This document shows positions 55,758 through 62,638 of a stretch of 64,000 nucleotides of DNA, piece by piece (position 1 is the stretch's first letter; every line of letters starts with the position of its first letter). Source of the DNA: a virus (Duplodnaviria; Caudoviricetes); the IMG/VR virus record IMGVR_UViG_2773858068_000002, positions 113-64,112 of that record. One strand, written 5' to 3'. The position numbers and the translations under genes were made by a program. The notes under the pieces are model-generated. The model ran no database searches and was not told the origin of the DNA. It saw nothing but the letters and a program-made list of their open reading frames with translations.

Positions 55758-56168
55758 ATGTCCGGATTCAAGCTATCGGCGCGCAGCCTGCGGCGCCTGG
55801 AAGGGGTGCACCCCCGACTTGTCGAAATCGTCAAACTGGCGATCCAGCGGACGCCCGTGGACTTCACCGTCGTGGAAGGGCTGCGCACGGCTGAGCGCCA
55901 GCGCGAGCTGGTTGCCGCGGGGAAGAGCCAGACTCTGAACGGCCTGCACCTGCAGCAGGCGGACGGCTACGGCCACGCCGTTGACCTGGCGCCGCTGGTG
56001 GGCAGCGCCATCCCCTGGGCCGACTGGGCGGAATTTCTCCGCCTGGCTGATGTAGTCAAGGCCTGCGCCGCGGAGCTGGGAACGCCGGTGGAGTGGGGCG
56101 GGGACTGGCGCACGCTGAAAGACGGCCCCCATTTTCAGCTGCCCCGAGGCTGGAAGGCGCCGGCATGA
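55758..56168 (+). CDS. Endolysin, M15-family L-Ala-D-Glu peptidase
   Basis: LEGVHPRL...EGLRTAERQ...SQTLNGLH...GHAVD...WGGDW..KDGPHFQL. Confidence 0.9.
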   Translation: MSGFKLSARSLRRLEGVHPRLVEIVKLAIQRTPVDFTVVEGLRTAERQRELVAAGKSQTLNGLHLQQADGYGHAVDLAPLVGSAIPWADWAEFLRLADVVKACAAELGTPVEWGGDWRTLKDGPHFQLPRGWKAPA

Positions 56169-56551
56169 TGGCCGACGGCGCGAAGCTGGCCGGCGCCCTG
56201 GCTGGGTGGCGCGGCTACGCCGCAACGGCGCTGCTGGGCGCGGCCGCAACATGGTTCGTGCTGGGTGCCTTCCATGGGCGCGAGGTCGCTGAGCTGCGGC
56301 TGGAACGGTCGCGCGACGATTTGGCCGTCGCGCGCGAGGCCATCCAGCAAACCAATTCGGACCTGACCGCCATGGCCAAGAGCGCGCGCGCCGCGGCGGC
56401 GGCCGGCCCTGATCTCACTGCGTCGATCGGCGCGCTTTCGAAGGCCTTGAAAAATGCGAATCCTCTGCTTGCTGGCTGTCGCCCTGATGCTGACCGGGTG
56501 CGGAGCCTCACCGACGCTGTACGTGCCGCGCGTGGTGCCGCCGCTCGATAG
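56165..56551 (+). CDS. i-spanin (Rz-like)
   Basis: N-terminal TM, coiled coil, C-terminal C(RPD); follows the endolysin. Confidence 0.8.
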   Translation: MMADGAKLAGALAGWRGYAATALLGAAATWFVLGAFHGREVAELRLERSRDDLAVAREAIQQTNSDLTAMAKSARAAAAAGPDLTASIGALSKALKNANPLLAGCRPDADRVRSLTDAVRAARGAAAR

Positions 56552-56708
56552 CGGGTTGGCTGCCCCCTGCCCGGAGATATCAGATCCGCCCCAGGATCCG
56601 CGCGACTACGACGAATGGCAGGTCTGGATGCAGGATGTGGTGCTGGTGGCGTATGGGGTGTGCGCGAAGCGCCACCGGGCCACGGTGGAGGCGTGGCCAA
56701 AACCTTAG
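56454..56708 (+). CDS. o-spanin lipoprotein (Rz1-like), overlapping the i-spanin
   Basis: Lipobox LTGC, Pro-rich, two further Cys. Confidence 0.82.
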   Translation: MRILCLLAVALMLTGCGASPTLYVPRVVPPLDSGLAAPCPEISDPPQDPRDYDEWQVWMQDVVLVAYGVCAKRHRATVEAWPKP

Positions 56709-56950
56709 TCCTGCTCGGGCTTTTTCGCTGGAGGCCGATGAGCGACCGTTACTGCGATCGTTCCATCGGGAAGGCGATATTTCCCGTCTCGAAGCCATTC
56801 CACCGGTTCCCCCGTAGGCAGGGAGCATATGTATTGCGGGTCCCGCGGTGCGGTTGTGCTTCGCTTTATGATCAATCGCCGTTCGACGCGGCAGGTCGAG
56901 CGATCGGGTAATTTGACGATTACATCTGCTAAGCGAGTGCCGGTGCCCAC
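56705..56950 (-). CDS. Hypothetical accessory protein
   Basis: GTG start with RBS AGGAG; 81 aa. Confidence 0.65.
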   Translation of the reverse strand: MGTGTRLADVIVKLPDRSTCRVERRLIIKRSTTAPRDPQYICSLPTGEPVEWLRDGKYRLPDGTIAVTVAHRPPAKKPEQD

Positions 56951-57130
56951 GATGTCTCTCTCCTAGGTGCAGGGCGCCTGCACACTGGAGAGTGGAGGCA
57001 ATTTCCCTGCGAATCCCCATCTGTAGCATAGCGAGTCTGGCAAAGTGGATCGGTCGTAAGGGCTATACAGTGGCTACGCGGAGGTCGGTGCGCGCCCGCG
57101 GAGCCAGCAGGCCGCCGACGTGTGCTCCAA

Positions 57131-57156
57131 TACAAAGCGCCCCGAAAACGGGGCGC
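57131..57156 (-). terminator. Intrinsic terminator
   Basis: GCGCCCCG-TTTT-CGGGGCGC followed by TTTGTA. Confidence 0.6.
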
Positions 57157-57165
57157 CTGTTGTAC

Positions 57166-57393
57166 CTACCTATGCCCTGCGTTCATAGGCGATATGAGGG
57201 CCTTCAATGGCGACCTTCGTCTCTTCAATTCGCCGTGCCACCCAGCTTCCCAAGCGTCAATTTTGGCCTGCCAATCGGCGGGATTCTCGCCTGTGTGTCC
57301 TGGCATTGCCTCCGCCTTGAGGTATGGGCAATCCCACAATGTCAATCCTTGGCGGGCGGCGTGCGCTCCCTGCTTTCGGACGTCATCATGCAT
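57166..57393 (-). CDS. CrpP-related small protein
   Basis: GAHAARQGLTLWDCPYLKAEAMPGHTGE...W.AK..AWEAGW; RBS GGAGG. Confidence 0.6.
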   Translation of the reverse strand: MHDDVRKQGAHAARQGLTLWDCPYLKAEAMPGHTGENPADWQAKIDAWEAGWHGELKRRRSPLKALISPMNAGHR

Positions 57394-57690
57394 TTCAGCA
57401 CCCTCCAAAAGTAGACGTTCGGAAGGGCAGTATGAAATAAGGTGAGACGGAGCGCAATAGTGTTTCTGAGCTAGGCGCTCCAGGTTCGCAAGACCATTCA
57501 AAAAAAGGCGCCGCAGGAGTGCAGCGCAAAAGGAGTGTGCGACGACCCGTCGCGATGATGCCGCAGCTGCCAGGGAGGTAGTGGTCCCCGACGAACTCCA
57601 CGGTGCATGCAAGCCCATGCATCGACGATGGAGCGCTGCGGCAGAACGGCTTCAGCAATTGGCGTGCCGAAACGTGGCTCAGGCGGAGAC

Positions 57691-57984
57691 CTAGCGCGGT
57701 TCCATTCCCTTTCGCAGCTTGCGCGGTAATTCCAGCAGTTCTGCCGTCATCTGCTCGCGCTCCAGCACACAGGGCTCGTCTGCGAGCCCCGCCAGCAGGT
57801 CGTCGTAGATTCCGCCCGTGATGCCGCCAGGCCGCTGCAACTCGCTGGAAACTTGGTGCAGGCGCAGCAGCGTTGCGCGCAGACGCTTCACCTCCCATAG
57901 CAGGGAGAGGACATCGGCATTCCAGGGCTGGCGCTCACGGATGGCGCGCAGTTCGTCGAAGGTGAGGGGGGCTTTGAACGGCAT
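57691..57984 (-). CDS. LexA-controlled 97-aa hypothetical protein (candidate antirepressor/SOS effector)
   Basis: MPFKAPLTFDELRAIRERQPWNADVLSLLWEVKRLR...; SOS box 11 nt upstream. Confidence 0.8.
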   Translation of the reverse strand: MPFKAPLTFDELRAIRERQPWNADVLSLLWEVKRLRATLLRLHQVSSELQRPGGITGGIYDDLLAGLADEPCVLEREQMTAELLELPRKLRKGMEPR

Positions 57985-57995
57985 AGCGGAAAACA

Positions 57996-58015
57996 CTGGT
58001 TATTTATCCAGTATA
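57996..58015 (-). promoter_or_regulatory. LexA (SOS) box overlapping a TATACT -10 element
   Basis: Minus strand TATACTGGATAAATAACCAG = CTG-N10(AT-rich)-CAG. Confidence 0.8.
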
Positions 58016-58022
58016 TTCCGCT

Positions 58023-58694
58023 TTAAATGGGGTCGATTGCGTCCGGCATCTGGTACTTGGAGTTGCCCACTTCTAGCCGCACGGGATGCCAGGTGAATGC
58101 CATTTCCGGTAGGCCATCGCTGAGCAGCGCGACCGCCTGGGCGGCTGGGAAATCCGGATCCATCCAATGCACGGCGAGGTCGGCCGGCAGGGCCACCGGG
58201 CGCCGGTCATGGACGTCGACCACGCCGCCTGCGGCGTCGTTCGTCACGATGGCGAACCCGTGGGCCTCGTCCTTCTCGGCGCCAGCGCGCCAGGCCGACA
58301 GGGCGGCGAAGAACAGCGGCGCGCCATCCTTGGCGTGAATGTAATAGGGCTGCTTCGGTGGCTTCGGGCTGTCGTCCAGCGGCTTCCATTCATACCAGCC
58401 GTCCGCCGGCACCAGGATGCGGTGGCCGGTAAGCATCTTCCAGGGCCACTTATTGGCCTGGATCTTGTCCAGGCGCGCATTCGACATCAGGAATTTGGAC
58501 CCTTGCGGCTTGTAACCCCAGGCGAGCCGGTCGAGCTGGAAGTCGCCGGCCAGCCGGTGCATTGTCAGCGGGCGCGTGCCGGGCGGGATGTTGTAGCGGG
58601 GGCCCGCCGGGTCGGAAAAAATGGCGCGCGGATTGGGGAAGATCCGCTCCACGTAATCCATGGGCCCGGACTTCTGGACGATTCGGCCACACAT
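58023..58694 (-). CDS. SOS response-associated peptidase (SRAP/YedK/HMCES abasic-site protein)
   Basis: N-terminal MCGR, RYNIPPG, WG, NAR, VPADGWYEW, HDRRP. Confidence 0.95.
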   Translation of the reverse strand: MCGRIVQKSGPMDYVERIFPNPRAIFSDPAGPRYNIPPGTRPLTMHRLAGDFQLDRLAWGYKPQGSKFLMSNARLDKIQANKWPWKMLTGHRILVPADGWYEWKPLDDSPKPPKQPYYIHAKDGAPLFFAALSAWRAGAEKDEAHGFAIVTNDAAGGVVDVHDRRPVALPADLAVHWMDPDFPAAQAVALLSDGLPEMAFTWHPVRLEVGNSKYQMPDAIDPI

Positions 58695-58731
58695 GGCGCC
58701 TCCAGCTGGAAGGGGAAGGGCCAGTATAGGA

Positions 58732-58878
58732 TCAGTCCAGGCCCGCCGCGGCCTCGGAATGGTGCTGGAGGTAGTAGACCAGCGCGCGGACGATCAGGGC
58801 GATTTGCCGCTGCTGCGCGACTGGCAGGGCGGCGAATTCCGCGACGGTGAAATATTCGTTGAAAGGCCAGGGTTCCAT
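58732..58878 (-). CDS. 48-aa hypothetical protein
   Basis: Manual translation MEPWPFNEYFTVAEFAALPVAQQRQIALIVRALVYYLQHHSEAAAGLD; weak RBS. Confidence 0.45.
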   Translation of the reverse strand: MEPWPFNEYFTVAEFAALPVAQQRQIALIVRALVYYLQHHSEAAAGLD

Positions 58879-58974
58879 GGTGATACTCTACGGAGACTTG
58901 GCTGCAACGTGCGGTTTCATGGACGCATCCGGGACTGATTTACGTGCCCGGCCAGCACCCAGCATCATGATTGT

Positions 58975-58995
58975 TTGGGGGCACACTTGGGGGCA
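58975..58995. repeat. Integrase arm-type binding sites (direct repeat TTGGGGGCA x2)
   Basis: TTGGGGGCA-CAC-TTGGGGGCA about 60 bp inside the att core; typical of P4-family att arms. Confidence 0.65.
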
Positions 58996-59057
58996 TAAGC
59001 GGGCGCGGATTGGACTAGATCCTTTGTTCATGCGGGTCGCGGGCTGCGATTCGGTTT

Positions 59058-59072
59058 CAATACCGCCTACCA
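59058..59072 (+). repeat. attR core = duplicated tRNA 3' end (probably tRNA-Val GAC)
   Basis: CAATACCGCCTACCA reads as T-stem 3' strand + acceptor strand + discriminator + CCA; followed by a tRNA-type terminator; phage genes end here. Confidence 0.65.
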
Positions 59073-59104
59073 AATTCCTGCAAAGTGGTGCCTGGCACCG
59101 CCTG

Positions 59105-59145
59105 AAAAGCCGCTAAGTCATAGACTTACGCGGCTTTTTGCTTTT
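59105..59145 (+). terminator. Intrinsic terminator displaced from the target tRNA gene
   Basis: AAAAGCCGC-TAAGTC-ATA-GACTTA-C-GCGGCTTTT followed by TGCTTTT. Confidence 0.75.
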
Positions 59146-59238
59146 CCGCCGCGCATCAGTGGCGCGGGCTTTTCACGGCTCCCTGTTCCGCGGTAAATCC
59201 GATTCAAGTCCTTGGCGGGCTCTAAATGGAAACGTCGG

Positions 59239-59267
59239 TTGACTTTCAAGGATGCCGCGCCCATAGT
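59239..59267 (+). promoter_or_regulatory. csp promoter giving a long (~125 nt) 5' UTR
   Basis: TTGACT-N17-CATAGT. Confidence 0.65.
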
Positions 59268-59398
59268 GGGTTAACAGCTTTTCGAGCATCGCGATTTTCG
59301 TCCGGTTTTGTGCTCTCTTCAGGGTGCTTCATTGTTCGCAGTCCTTTCCTTGACTAGCTCCGTTTTCGGGCAGTGCCCGCTATTCAAGGAGTAGACAT

Positions 59399-59605
59399 AT
59401 GGAAACCGGAATTGTTAAGTGGTTCAACGACGCGAAGGGCTTTGGATTCATCATGCCCGAGAACGGCGGCAAGGACCTATTCGCTCATTTCTCCGAGATT
59501 GTCAGCGACGACGGTCATAAGGTCTTGGTTGAAAACCAACGCGTCAGCTACGTGACGGCAGAGGGAGCCAAAGGCCCGCAGGCGACGAAAATTCGCGCAC
59601 TGTGA
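59399..59605 (+). CDS. csp: Cold-shock protein (CspA family)
   Basis: GIVKWFNDAKGFGFI (RNP1), DLFAHFS (RNP2), KGPQA. Confidence 0.97.
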   Translation: METGIVKWFNDAKGFGFIMPENGGKDLFAHFSEIVSDDGHKVLVENQRVSYVTAEGAKGPQATKIRAL

Positions 59606-59641
59606 ACAGAGCCCTAAGCAAGTGAATTCATAGGAGGGCTT

Positions 59642-59899
59642 ATGTTCCATAACAACATGGTCTACAAAGGATATCGCTTAACGGCGAGTGTCTCCCGTAT
59701 ATCGGTTGGTGGAAGCCGTCGGCCCGCTTTTACTGCGACTGTGGCACTAGGGGCTGTGGCGGATCAATACGGATTGAATGAGTCGCACCTGGTTCCATTT
59801 TTTGCATCGGGTGGATCTGTTTCAAGCCCAGTGATTGCGGTCGATACGGCTATTAATCACGGACGTTATTTGGTCGACGCACATTCGCACGCTGCCTGA
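59642..59899 (+). CDS. Hypothetical protein
   Basis: MFHNNMVYKGYRLTASV...; RBS AGGAGG. Confidence 0.7.
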   Translation: MFHNNMVYKGYRLTASVSRISVGGSRRPAFTATVALGAVADQYGLNESHLVPFFASGGSVSSPVIAVDTAINHGRYLVDAHSHAA

Positions 59900-60081
59900 C
59901 CCAGGCTAAGCTGACGAGTACTACCGGTCACACAACTTATCGAGCCCTGTCTGGGAAACCGGCCAGGGCTTTCGCTTTTCTTGGAACACGTGCGAGACCC
60001 CGTTCACGATGATCTTGAAATGCTGGGAATGACACTTGCGCAGCTTGAATGCGGCATCGGGCTGCGACTGTCGAGGGCATT

Positions 60082-60306
60082 ATGGACCGGGAAGACCTAT
60101 TGGCGAGGATGCTGACCAAATCGGTGACGCTGAGCAGTTTCGATGATTGGGTCGATATTCTTACCGACTACGCGGAGCATCTGAATTCGGTCAAGGACAA
60201 GCTATCGGCGGGAGACATTGAGCGCTTTGTAAGCGTGGGGGCGTCGTTTTACCGTACCTTGGCTCGCGCCGAAGCGTATCGTGTCAACAGGCCGGCAGTG
60301 CCATAG
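60082..60306 (+). CDS. Hypothetical protein
   Basis: MDREDLLARML...; RBS GAGG. Confidence 0.65.
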   Translation: MDREDLLARMLTKSVTLSSFDDWVDILTDYAEHLNSVKDKLSAGDIERFVSVGASFYRTLARAEAYRVNRPAVP

Positions 60307-60505
60307 GCCGGTCGTTATGAGGCGGGCTCCTTCTCGCCGGAGGCGACCGCTATGGTGCCGTGAGAGCCGATATTTCCCATCGCGAAGCTGCGGCGTCACT
60401 GGCTCGCGCGCCGGAAAAACATCCCCGTCAAGGCTTGCAGCCTGGGGCGTCCTCTAAGCGCGCGCTCTCGCAATCGCGGCTCGGATCAAGGGCAAGCGGG
60501 CTGGG

Positions 60506-60817
60506 CTATCCAGCCAATTTCATCGAGATGTCGGCGTGCGTGCCGCGGTCCAGATCGACTCCTGGTCCGGCCGTATATTCGGGAAGGTCAAGCAATTCAC
60601 CTGCAACTTCACCGGCCTCAATTCGGCGAGTGATGTCATCGAGCAGCAGCGTGCGCGAAGCGAACCCCCGGCCCGTGAGATTTCGGACGAACAGCCGATA
60701 GGCCAAGTTGGGCTCGGCTCCTTTCATAACGCCGAAGTCAAAAATCCTGCCTTGTTCATTCCGAAGAAGCAGGTGTCCAGGACGAGCATAGATTCTGTAC
60801 ACACGCCAAGGCGACAT
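60506..60817 (-). CDS. Hypothetical protein
   Basis: MSPWRVYRIYARPGHLLLRNEQGRIFDFG...; start uncertain. Confidence 0.6.
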   Translation of the reverse strand: MSPWRVYRIYARPGHLLLRNEQGRIFDFGVMKGAEPNLAYRLFVRNLTGRGFASRTLLLDDITRRIEAGEVAGELLDLPEYTAGPGVDLDRGTHADISMKLAG

Positions 60818-61211
60818 AGTCGCCGCGTGCGGAGCGGACGGACGCGCTCTGTGGCCATCGTCAGGCTTGAACGACGTGGTCAACGGGAGGAATTTTCGGC
60901 AAGTGGTAATGAGGCGGGCAAATGACTTACTGAACGGCTTCATGATGGGAACGGCCTAAATGAATCGAGGCACGGTGTGGCTGCGACATGGCGGAGCTGC
61001 CGACCAGATTTACGTTTTGATTCGGGGACTGGTTGGCCTCTATTGCGGCCTTTGACTAGCGCGGAGATATCGTGGGTCGGATCGATACACGACAACGCTG
61101 GCTCTCGCAAATGTGCGACGAGTCAGCGTCTGTTCACAAACTTTCAGTCATCCATCAGCAATTGGGCGGCTGTGGTTCCGTGGCAGGAATGGACCGAAAG
61201 CGTGCGATTCG

Positions 61212-61373
61212 CTACTGGGGGGTTCGTTGCTTTAGCGGATCGTTCTGCGCTTGCTTGCGAGCCGCTTCTTCTTTTTGTTCCTGGCTTTGCTGTTCTTGCT
61301 GTTTGTTGGGCTGGTCATCCTGACCAGGTTGGGTGGGAGGACCTGCAGCGCTGTAGCGGGTAGGAAATGTCAT
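61212..61373 (-). CDS. 53-aa Gln/Glu-rich hypothetical protein
   Basis: Manual translation MTFPTRYSAAGPPTQPGQDDQPNKQQEQQSQEQKEEAARKQAQNDPLKQRTPQ; RBS AAGGT. Confidence 0.5.
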   Translation of the reverse strand: MTFPTRYSAAGPPTQPGQDDQPNKQQEQQSQEQKEEAARKQAQNDPLKQRTPQ

Positions 61374-61523
61374 GATATTTACCTTTTGGTTGTCGTGACG
61401 AATGCCACATCCCTACAGTACGCTCTGCGGCAGGTCTGACCTAAGACTAATTTGAAACAGCGTAAGTCGCGCGGCGGTGGTTGTCCTACACTGATTTTGT
61501 CCACTCATCCAGGAGGCCGCGCC

Positions 61524-61820
61524 ATGTCACAGACAACGAGTACGAAGGCGTTGGAGCGCTGGGACGATGAGGGGGGATCGCAACTGATTTCCCTCGCCCG
61601 GTCGTTCGCGATCGAGGAATTCGAGGAGTCGGAGCGCCGAATTCTCGCTTTTCTCGGGGCATCGATATTGAGTCTCTGGGATGAGCTCCCGCCCGATGCG
61701 CGTCAGCGGGTATTGAATCGTGAGATCGCTCAAGCAGCATTCGACAGGTCCGCACTCAAGGCGAGGATTGCGCGCATCGCCGGGGGAGTTCCTTTTTCGG
61801 GGGAAAAACATGACTCGTGA
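61524..61820 (+). CDS. Hypothetical protein, paralogue 1 (ERWxxEGG family)
   Basis: RBS AGGAGG; ERWDDEGG...ERRILAFLGASILSLWDELP. Confidence 0.8.
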   Translation: MSQTTSTKALERWDDEGGSQLISLARSFAIEEFEESERRILAFLGASILSLWDELPPDARQRVLNREIAQAAFDRSALKARIARIAGGVPFSGEKHDS

Positions 61821-62088
61821 TCCTGAGGACTCGGACATTGAGCGCTGGCTCAATGAAGGTGGCGTGCGATTACCCACGTCAGTGGAGATGCTGGATGCTG
61901 GGGTACTTGACGAAGGCGAGCGGCGGGTCATTGCTTGCCTTGGCGCAGCGATCTTGAGCGTATGGCATGAAATGCCGAGTGAAATCCGGAGAAAGGTGCT
62001 ACAGAGTGCCCTCAGCACGGCCACCTATGACGCCGCGTTGCTAAAGGGAAAGGTCGCCATGTTCCTGCGGGGCGACAGAGAGCATTAG
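61810..62088 (+). CDS. Hypothetical protein, paralogue 2
   Basis: ERWLNEGG...ERRVIACLGAAILSVWHEMP; overlaps paralogue 1 stop. Confidence 0.8.
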   Translation: MTRDPEDSDIERWLNEGGVRLPTSVEMLDAGVLDEGERRVIACLGAAILSVWHEMPSEIRRKVLQSALSTATYDAALLKGKVAMFLRGDREH

Positions 62089-62208
62089 CGCAAGCGCCAC
62101 CCCCGCTGGGAAGACAGGGTCGAATGGACGGGAACTCCGCCCGGCGCCAGGGCGATTTAGGGGCGTGGTTGGGCGCAGGCATTCTTGCACAGTGCTGCCA
62201 GGCACGGC

Positions 62209-62256
62209 AAAAGAGAAGGCCGCCAAGCCTCGAACTTGGCGGCCTTTTTTCTTTTC
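62209..62256. terminator. Bidirectional intrinsic terminator
   Basis: AAGGCCGCCAAG-CCTCGAA-CTTGGCGGCCTT, A-rich left flank and T-rich right flank, between convergent genes. Confidence 0.8.
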
Positions 62257-62277
62257 GGTGCGACTGGGGCGCCGCTC

Positions 62278-62535
62278 TCAATCCGGGGTTTTCATCGCAC
62301 CCGCGATCGAGTCCAGCGCATAGCCGATGTTCTGCAGGACTTTCGCGGTGGTGATGCGTGTGAACTCGTCGGATGCGGTCTTCATGAACGCGGCGATCAG
62401 TTCCGGATGTTCCCTGGCGTAGCCATCGCCGAAAACCGCGTCGATCTGGGTTTCAGCCGCCCGCAAGTAGCTTTCCGCGCGGCTATGGGCATGAGTGAAC
62501 AGCGTGTCGAGGTTGGCTTCAATGAATTCAGGCAT
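62278..62535 (-). CDS. Hypothetical protein
   Basis: MPEFIEAN...IDAVFGDGYAREHPELIAAFM; RBS GGAG. Confidence 0.75.
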   Translation of the reverse strand: MPEFIEANLDTLFTHAHSRAESYLRAAETQIDAVFGDGYAREHPELIAAFMKTASDEFTRITTAKVLQNIGYALDSIAGAMKTPD

Positions 62536-62598
62536 GGGGGTCTCCACTGGCGACAGTTGGAAGCTCCAAGGCTAGCACCAGGGCCCGGCGCCCGCACG

Positions 62599-62630
62599 AA
62601 AAAAAACGCCAGGTCCCGGGCCTGGCGTTT
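62599..62630 (-). terminator. Intrinsic terminator of the oxidoreductase gene
   Basis: AAACGCCAGG-N7-CCTGGCGTTT with T run on the minus strand. Confidence 0.75.
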
Positions 62631-62638
62631 CGTCGTTT

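Larger units (their letters stand above)
1..59072. mobile_element. Temperate lambdoid prophage with podovirus-type (933W/phi24B-like) morphogenesis module; left boundary outside window
   Basis: Integrase/xis, recombination, cI/cro, replication, terminase-portal-capsid, tail, ejection and lysis genes in canonical order, ending at a tRNA-like att core followed by a terminator. Confidence 0.95.

Noticed and set aside
57055-57070. Second possible SOS box (minus strand CTGTATAGCCCTTACG)
   Set aside because: Only one half-site matches; the right arm lacks CAG
59041-59072. Complete tRNA gene at attR
   Set aside because: Only the 3' ~15 nt are tRNA-like; no D-arm or anticodon arm upstream
61251-61439. 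+ strand hydrophobic 62-aa ORF as a membrane protein
   Set aside because: It starts with TTG, lacks an RBS and is the antisense of an A-rich Gln/Glu/Lys ORF on the minus strand that has a better start context
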